A stretch of 64,000 nucleotides of DNA from Utricularia gibba (taxonomy: Eukaryota > Plantae > Magnoliophyta). The stretch spans positions 1,674,001-1,738,000 of the forward strand of contig NEEC01000008.1 of NCBI GenBank assembly GCA_002189035.1, written 5' to 3'. Under the pieces are notes generated by a model that saw nothing but the letters and a program-made list of their open reading frames with translations, made no database searches and had not been told where the DNA came from. A program made the translations under genes and the position numbers. Shown piece after piece: positions 54,904 through 64,000 of the stretch (its first letter is position 1; every line of letters begins with the position of its first letter).

Positions 54904-55905
54904 TCATGCATTGGGGTACTGAAAGCCAGATTGCATATGCTGCAAACCTACGTCTTCAGCTGCATAAATGGATTCTTGAGCAGGCACATGTCGACAGTAG
55001 GATGAGTTAACTTCCAATGGTGATGCGGAGGAGATGATACTATTAAAATAATGATTCTGAGAACCAAACCCCATCATGAATTCTTCATTGGTAGTGTTGC
55101 TCCACTGGAAGAAGGGAAATTTCGGTTGTGTTTCAGGTGCCGGCACCGGCGAGTTCTTCTTGTTTTCCGGTGGGGATGCCTCAACTTCAAGATTCAACGT
55201 TGTTATGTCATGAATGCTTGCTCTTCTCTTATCCTTGCCGCCGTTCAGCTGACGAATGAAATATTTCTGCGCATGACTGGCTACCTGCGTAGGCGTTCTT
55301 GTTACCACTAAGTTCCTGGATATGTTTCTCCAGTCACCTTTTCCATATTTCTTCAGCCCCATTAGGAAAAGCCTGTAGAAGAAACAGGTGAATGGAGCTC
55401 AGCATTGATGAGCAAGCATGGCTAAAAGAAACATGGGAGAGAACTCATACTTGTGCTCCTCTTCACTCCATGGGATACCCTTTTTGCGTTCATGATCGGA
55501 GGACCGGGAAATGGTCGATTTACGGGCGGCGGAACACGGTTTAAACCCAGTAGTAGCTGTGGCGGCGACGCTTCCCCATTCAAGAATAAAAGGAGTATTA
55601 GTAGAAGACATGGTGGTGGTGGTGGTGGAGGAGGTGTAGCCGGGAACAGGGATAAGCCCTGCCTCTATGCTACTAACATCATCTTCTAACTCCCTGTACC
55701 GCCTGATGACATCGACAACGGTTTTCCCAGGAACCATGGCGGCGACCTTGTGCCACCTATCCGGCGTATCCTCGTCGAAGACAGCGAGAGCATTCTCAAA
55801 CACCTTGTTCTCCGCGGCGGTCCATGTGGTGCTCCGATGGGCGTCTCCGGCGAGCCAAGTAGCAAAACAGGAGGTTGGCGATAAGATTTTCATCTCCCAA
55901 GTCAT
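54904..55905 (-). CDS. DIV: DIVARICATA-type R-R (SHAQKYF) MYB transcription factor, 2 exons (start at 55905 or 55893)
   Basis: [31 protein letters not shown]|[40 protein letters not shown] and C-terminal [10 protein letters not shown]. Confidence 0.95.
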
Positions 55906-57910
55906 AGGAAGCTGGAGCAGTGCAAGGGAAGGGAAAGGAAACTCGAAACTTGGAAGCACAGAGAAATGGAAAGAGCAGAGCAGGCTAAACCAAGAAGCAT
56001 TCAGTTCCTGCAGGAATCAGAACAGATTAGCTTTTCCCTGTCCTTTCTTCCTCCCTTCCCTTCATCTCTTCTCTTCCCTCAGCTCGAGGAATCTGAGAAA
56101 GACCCTGCGTTGCCATTCCTCGACACAGATGAATGCAACAATATATAGAGAAAGGAACAGAAACTCAAAAGAAGGGGGAGCCAATGGGAATTGAATTCAC
56201 TTTCCTTTTCAGAGGCCCATCACCTACATTCAGCTCACTCCCATCCAGCTTACAGTCTCAAAAGATGTGGAAATGCCAGAACCTCGCGTTATATGCTCAT
56301 ATGGCGCACATTGGGGCGCATTGTTCATGTGCGACACTTGTTCCCTCCAGAGCCCCAAGTACTATTGATGATTAGGTGGCTGTCCAGGTCCCCTACTGAG
56401 GGGACCAACCACTACACATTGCCACTTCATTTATGTCAAGCTATTGAGATTTCCCTTCATTTTTAATTTGTTTGTAATTTGGTTGAGAAAATTGATATAT
56501 TTGAAAATATTTTAATATGAATATATAGATGAAAAAGGGATATATAAAGAAATGTGTTAAAAAGTATGTTTGATTGATAAATTGAAAGTGTGATAATAAA
56601 TGATTTGAATGAATTTATTTTTATAGAGAGATGATTATATCTTTTTTAAAAACATAATATAAAATATCTTATAAATGCTACATCTTTAGAGAAAATGATC
56701 TCATGCAATATTATGAAATGTCACTCTATATAAATTTCCTATTTTTCCCATTTTGTAACTAATGTAAAATTTGTTTAAGATACTTACATATTTTATTAGG
56801 TTAGGTTCCCTCTTTTGAAAACTTGGCTTCCTTGTTGAAATTTATCCCCATTGCAGTCATGTGTCATACTCTCATACCAAATGTAATAATTTATTCTTTC
56901 ATTATACGATATTGTTCATTTAAAATATCTAATTTTTATATTTTATATTTTATATTTTTTTAAGAAAGAAGTTTAATGTAAAACTAGGAAAGCTTTCTCA
57001 ATATAAACTCTATTTTTCCTCTGTCCATAATCTATATTGAATTTGACTAAGTTCCTAATACCTTTACTTAAGGTGGGCCCTTGGATATGATATCAATAAT
57101 AATCAAATCCCATTTAGGAAACACATACTAAAAATTTAAAGAAAGATGTCCTGAGGGAAGAATCAGCTATCCCAAAGTTGGAATTTGCAGGGCTGTTGCA
57201 TCGTTTCGACGTTCGGTGTCACTGCTGCACAGAAGTCTACGTAGGAACATTAAATTTAATAACAGTATGGCTTGATTCAACTTGCGGCCACATGGAACAT
57301 GTGGTGCGACCTGTACTTGGCCAGCTAGCCGTACAGAGCCTCGAATGTCTCAACTCTATTATGCATGAATGCATTAACGTGCCCGGCCCCTACATTTATT
57401 TATAGCGAGAGGGTCATCGTACATCCCGACCCGACCCGCATTTGCAGGGAGATCCGGCTTCACAATTGATGGACCCGCCCGCGGTTGGAGGTTCAGTCTA
57501 CGATGTAATCTGCGGGCCGACCCGGGAGAAGAAGAGGGCCCATGGGAAATGAGCACCGCTCTTGAAATTGGGAGGCAGGCTTGCCGGGCGGTGGGCTCCA
57601 AGGCCACGGAATGCAAAAGGAGCCCAAACGGAGATGGGAATCAGGCAGTAAACAAACTGTGGATCAAATTAGAGAAGACGACAGGGCAAACAGGGATGGA
57701 GATCGCAGATCTTGATGGCACATACATGGCATTGACGGTAGGAGTTGTATGTCCAACAGCCATGTTGTGTGTGCTTCATTGATTTTTACTTTTCCAATTA
57801 CAATGCGTGTGGTACAGCCCAACATTGACAACGTGTTGGATAAGGACACAATTGAAAAACTGAAGCAGTAACTGTTTATTGTCATTAAGATTTCCACTTA
57901 CTTGGGATAA

Positions 57911-58676
57911 TCAGTTGCTGCGAGCGGGCTTACCGGTGATCACCTGAACCTGACAACCAAAGCAGCCGAAGTTCTGATGAATGAAGTGCCGGTAAATCAA
58001 CAAAAAAATGGCTGAAAGAGGATGGAAATGCTGTTTTTTTTTTTCTTAGTGTAGTAAAAAAAACCTTATCAGGAGACGCCGGAATCCAGTCGTTGGTTGC
58101 TGGATTTCCCTTGTGAGCGGGGTGGCATTCACAAACCAAATTCGACGACAGTGCTAGGCAATCCCCATTTGTGACATCAGCAGCTATGAAACCAGTTCCC
58201 GTCTACGACAATTTCCAAGAGAGGAAAACAAAAATTCAAATAGAATCGGAAGAATTCCGCAATTCATGAAACGTACCGTGTGATGGTGTTTGTCGATTCC
58301 GATTAGATCCGTATAATATTCCGTTTCGGAGAATTCCTCCGTAGGCTTGGTTGCTTTGAAGTTAAGTTTCTAGAATTACGAAAATGAAGCAAACCGCCAA
58401 TCATCAGATCTAATCGAACTAGAGGTAGGTGAAGAATGTCAGGGCGATTTTAACCTCATTTTCCTGCTGCTCCAGTCGCTGAAAGTGAACGTATTCTGGA
58501 ATGACGTGGTCGCCGGAAAGAGCGTCGTCATAGGAGGAAGAGTACTCGCTGCGCTGAGGCTTGGTATGACGTTTCGGCGCCGCGTCTTCGAAGTACTGGT
58601 GTATGGCGGCCTCAACTTCGGCCGCCTCCTCCGCCCTCAAGTGGACGTCGCTCCGATTAGGCTTTGTGTTCTCCAT
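57911..58676 (-). CDS. Small plant protein of the MEE59 (maternal effect embryo arrest 59)-like family, 4 exons
   Basis: TKPNRSDVHL, APKRHTKPQRSEYS, EEFSETEYYTDLIGIDKHHHT|TGTGFI, KGNPATNDWIP and GKPARSN*. Confidence 0.82.
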
Positions 58677-59070
58677 CAAGCCTTATCTCTTGGTATCTTA
58701 GGTCCGCCGAAAATGCCATTATATATAAGGAGGCAAAGAGATATTTTTGGTAGATAGATATTTTATGTTGGTTGGGGTGGACCGTTTAGTCTGGTGGTCT
58801 GGGCCAGTTGGATGAGGTGAACTCAGCCACTCTACGTTCGGTGCGATCCGTGCAAAATCATGCACCGGGTGTGTGACTCACGAGATACACGTAAAGTACG
58901 TGATTTTTAAGTTAGTTATTAAATTTGATAAATTAATTTTATCTTATTTATGATTGTATTAATTTACATATTTTTTAAAATAATACACTTTTAATGTATC
59001 ATAAAAATTCCTTAAATGGACGAATATCGCTCCTCGCACCCATTTTGGTGCAACGTACGAGCCACTTACC

Positions 59071-59234
59071 GGTGGGTGGGGCCCGTGAGCGCGATGGGTT
59101 GGTCCATATACATGGGTGTTGGCTGGACCTCATACATTGGTGGGTTGAGCCCCTTGAAGGATGGTCTGGGCCAGTTAGAGAGGGTTGGGCTGGGCCTCTT
59201 AGATGGTGGGCTGGTCCTCTTAGATGGTGGGCTG
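59071..59234. repeat. Degenerate 21-25 bp minisatellite, about 7 units, containing site II-like cores
   Basis: Two near-identical units GGGCTGG(G/T)CCTCTTAGATGGT at 59187 and 59208, with older diverged units upstream. Confidence 0.75.
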
Positions 59235-59390
59235 AAAGCGTTATATATGATACATATATATATATAATATTTTTTTCCCTTACCGGTAACTAATGAAAGA
59301 AGAATTTCTTGACTCTTGTCTTGCTGTATAGGAGAAGCAACGCCGCGTTGGTCTCAGACAGCCGCCGACATATCTTTAACTGCTTTGAAC

Positions 59391-62300
59391 ATGGAAGCGG
59401 TGTCGCTATCCTCTCATTATTTTCTGAAGTACACTTGTCGCCCCTTGAAGAATTTGGGCACCTTCAAATGTGCGGTTTCACCGCCGGCTTCTGGTGGGTC
59501 TCTTTAATCTTTATCTTGCATTTGTTGGCATGCCGATGAAGTATCTTGGTTTACCCTGATTATTTTTGGATTTTGGTTTTTGGTTTTCGGCAAGGTGCCT
59601 TTTCTTTGTTCTTGTGAGGCATCTTGACTATACACCTGAAATTTGTGACTGCCGGGTTACAAAGCTGTTGCATATCTTCATATTGCAGCCAAGTGATCAA
59701 CTTTACTACAAAATAAGATCCGGAACGTTTTGATTTTGATTATCGAATCAATATCTCTTTTTGACTTGTAGGGTGAGTGCTTCTAGAGAGTGAGTGAGGC
59801 AAAGGCATGATTATTTGTTGAGACCTAAATGGGGGAACGCTAAACCCTGAAGATCAATAGAAAAACTTGCCAATAATGACATAAACGGTGATTATAGTTA
59901 CTTGTCATGGTATAGCAATGCGTACCTTTTGTTTTTGTAGCTCAAGTATGCGTGTAAGTTTATGCTTGGGGTGGTTTTCTGGAATGTTGTATGTTTGTGA
60001 TAAAATTTAGGTTACTATAACTGAACACAATCTGTTTACTGAACTTGGAAATTGCAGTTGAGAACTCAATAAAGTTCAGGGAAGCTACTAAGACAGGGAA
60101 TCTAGTCCCACTATACCGGCACATATTTTCTGATCATTTGACTCCAGTACTTGCATATCGGTGTTTGGTGAAAGAGGATGAGAGGGATGCGCCTAGCTTC
60201 CTCTTTGAGTCAGTGGAGCCTGGTCTCAATGCATCCAGTGTGGTATAATTCAATTTTTTTCTACTTAATTTACACATACACGATTGATTTTAATTGAAAC
60301 TTTCATTTTTTGATATGGAAAATCTTTTCATTAGGGTCGATATAGTGTTATTGGAGCCCAGCCGACAATGGAGATTGTGGCAAAAGAGAACAAGGTTGTC
60401 ATAGTTGATCACCTTGTGGGAAGTACAACTGAGGAATTTGTTGAGGATCCCATGTCTGTACCTCGCAGAATTATGGAGAAATGGATTCCCCAGCGCATTG
60501 ATGAGCTTCCCGAAGCATTCTGTGGTAATATTCATAAAATGAGGTTAATGCCAAATGATTTTCAGCACTCCTTCGTCCATGAGACTCATTTGCTATATTT
60601 TGAAAACAGGAGGTTGGGTTGGTTACTTTTCATATGACACAGTACGATATGCTGAAAAGAAAAAGCTTCCCTTCTCTAAGGCACCCTTGGATGATAGAAA
60701 TCTTCCTGACGTTCATCTTGGCCTATACGATGATGTTATTGTGTTTGATCATGTGGAAAAGGTATAGATTTCTTACTGCATATCCATTAAAATTTTTGTT
60801 TCTTGTGTTCCGTGAAATTCAAGAAATTTATGTGGAAAAGTCACGTTCTAGTACAAGCCTAGGTTGTATTAAGTGCACGCTGTTCAGTTCCTTCCTCGTA
60901 ATTTTGCTATGGCCTTAATGTTGGAGACTTCAAAATCCTTCTGAAGGAGTGATTTTTCGTTTGCATGTAACATCTGTATCAGAAAGCATGTGTAATACAC
61001 TGGGTGAGGTTGGATCAGTTTACTTCAGTTGAAGAGGCCTATGATGATGGGATGAAAAGATTAGAAGCTTTAGTATCAAGAGTGCATGATATAGATCCGT
61101 AAGCTTTCAGACTTCTTAAGGTTAATGGTGTTGGTCATTTGTCCTAATGCACAATTTTCTTGTTCTGGCTATCAACTTAGGCCTCGGCTTGCTGCGGGTT
61201 CAATAGACTTGCACACTAATCTGTTTGGGCCATCTTTAAGCAAGTCGAATATGACAAGTGAAGAATACATGAAGGCAGTACTAGAAGCAAAGGAGCATAT
61301 CCAAGCTGGGGATATCTTCCAGATAGTTCTTAGCCAGCGGTTTGAACGCCGAACTTTTGCAGACCCCTTTGAAGTGTACCGAGCGTTAAGAATTGTCAAC
61401 CCAAGTCCATATATGACTTATTTGCAAGTCTGCAACCACACCGTCGCTCTTGCAGTCTTGATGTTACTTTAATGCCTTTAAAATTTTTAACATAAGTTGT
61501 TGATCAGGCAAGGGGTTGCATCCTTGTTGCTTCAAGTCCTGAAATTCTCACACGGGTCAAGAAAGTATGCTACTCTACTTTTGAGTGATTGTGTTCATAT
61601 TGTTTGGTTATGCGTTGTGTGATCTTCTCAAGATTCTCTTTTTTTTCTTTTTTGTATCAGGGTAAGATCACTAATCGTCCTCTAGCTGGAACTGTGCGGA
61701 GAGGCAAAACACCAAGGGAGGACCTCATGTTGGAGAAACAGCTTTTGCAAGACGAGAAACAATGCGCAGAACACATAATGCTTGTAGACTTGGGGAGAAA
61801 CGATGTGGGGAAGGTTTGCTTCTTTTGTTTCTTAAGTTGATCTCATGGATTTGATACATGGAGACAATCTTCAACTTGACAGTTGAAAAGGCACATATTT
61901 GCGCAAGCATTTTCATGATTGCACATTTGATTGATCAGGTATCAAAATCCGGTTCTGTAAAAGTTGAGAAGCTCATGAATATTGAACGTTATTCCCATGT
62001 CATGCACATCAGCTCAACGGTATGCATCTGTTCTTGTGCTTATATTTTTTTTAAATACAATTCTAGTATATACTTAACCTGCATATTTGATTTGAAGGTG
62101 ACTGGGGAATTGTCACCTGGTTTGACGAGCTGGGATGCTCTGCGCGCGGCACTGCCGGTCGGAACAGTGAGTGGAGCCCCAAAGGTCGTCTCCAACGTTC
62201 CTCGGAACCCAAAAGCTAGCTAGCAATGAAACCATCTTTCTGAGCTTGCTATTCCTTCTTTGGTTCGCAGGTTAAGGCTATGGAACTGATCGATCAGCTC

Positions 62301-62612
62301 GAAGTTACGAGACGAGGGCCATACAGTGGTGGTTTTGGAGGCATTTCATTCTCAGGCGACATGGACATCGCCCTGGCTCTTAGAACTATCGTTTTTTCGA
62401 CCAGCGTCCTCTATGAGACCATGTTTTCTTACAAGGACGGCAAGAAGAGGCGCGACTGGGTGGCCCATCTCCAAGCTGGTGCCGGAATCGTCGCAGACAG
62501 CAAGCCGGAAGACGAGCAGGCCGAGTGCCAAAACAAGGCTGCAGCTCTCGCGCGCGCCATTGATCTTGCAGAGTCTTCGTTTCTTGGAGTCACTGAGAGC
62601 CGGAGGAAATGA
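59391..62612 (+). CDS. ASA: Anthranilate synthase alpha subunit, plastid-targeted, 11 exons
   Basis: [85 protein letters not shown] and [12 protein letters not shown]. Confidence 0.97.
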
Positions 62613-62909
62613 ATCCACCAACGCCGCCGTGATCCCACTTCGTATCATGGCGGCTCCGGTTACAGCCGTTATTATTCCCTGTGATTTCTAGACGCTAGTG
62701 CTGTGGTACAGATTACGGACCATGGGATTGCTTCTCAGAAGGCATTGTAAAAAGAAGTGTCTGACATCGTTTTGGTCGAACCAACTCCATTCTCAAGCCT
62801 TCTTCTCCGATGATCTGATCACACGCACTATGCTTAAAGTTTCTATTATTTGTTCTCAAGTGATATGTCTGTCCTAAATCCCTCATCATGATGGAAAAGT
62901 TTCTGTTAT

Positions 62910-64000
<1,091 letters not shown>

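Noticed and set aside
59071-59234. CRISPR-like repeat-spacer appearance
   Set aside because: This is eukaryotic DNA with degenerate contiguous units, no unique spacers and no cas genes; it is treated as a minisatellite.
59836-59856. GCTAAACCCTGAA resembling a plant telomerase RNA template
   Set aside because: It lies in ASA intron 1, with no USE/TATA Pol III promoter and no G-rich 5' or C-rich 3' TR structure.
60190-61420. Possible Trp-feedback-insensitive anthranilate synthase
   Set aside because: LFES, NPSPYM and the ADPFE aspartate are all in the standard feedback-sensitive state.

Overview
Gene-dense eudicot nuclear DNA with about 19 intact intron-containing or single-exon genes and one pseudogene in 64 kb. 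Most introns are short (65-120 nt). The DIVARICATA-type MYB closely resembles my recollection of Antirrhinum DIV, which suggests a compact-genome Lamiales species (inference only). Gene order: DUF21/CBS (CNNM-like, 5' cut), HUA2-like PWWP-CID, MED33, CRIB-RhoGAP, SDR, two tandem USPs, two tandem RPL19, DUF789, small LysM protein, YODA-type MAPKKK, RPL36, decayed CPSF100, RUP-type WD40, MSBP, DIV, MEE59-family protein, anthranilate synthase alpha and a two-LIM protein (start just outside). Spacers are AT-rich, with Tourist-like MITEs and microsatellites. No rRNA, tRNA or CRISPR was found. The strongest unusual signal is in splicing: 5 of roughly 87 manually reconstructed coding introns need a GC donor, and 4 of these share the non-consensus form AG|GCATG. 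Other leads are an unprocessed CPSF100 pseudogene carrying microhomology-like deletions, an orphan site-II promoter followed by a bulged miR408-complementary site, and a splice-site-rich tail behind the HUA2-like gene. Exon structures were inferred by eye from remembered homologues; no search was run.
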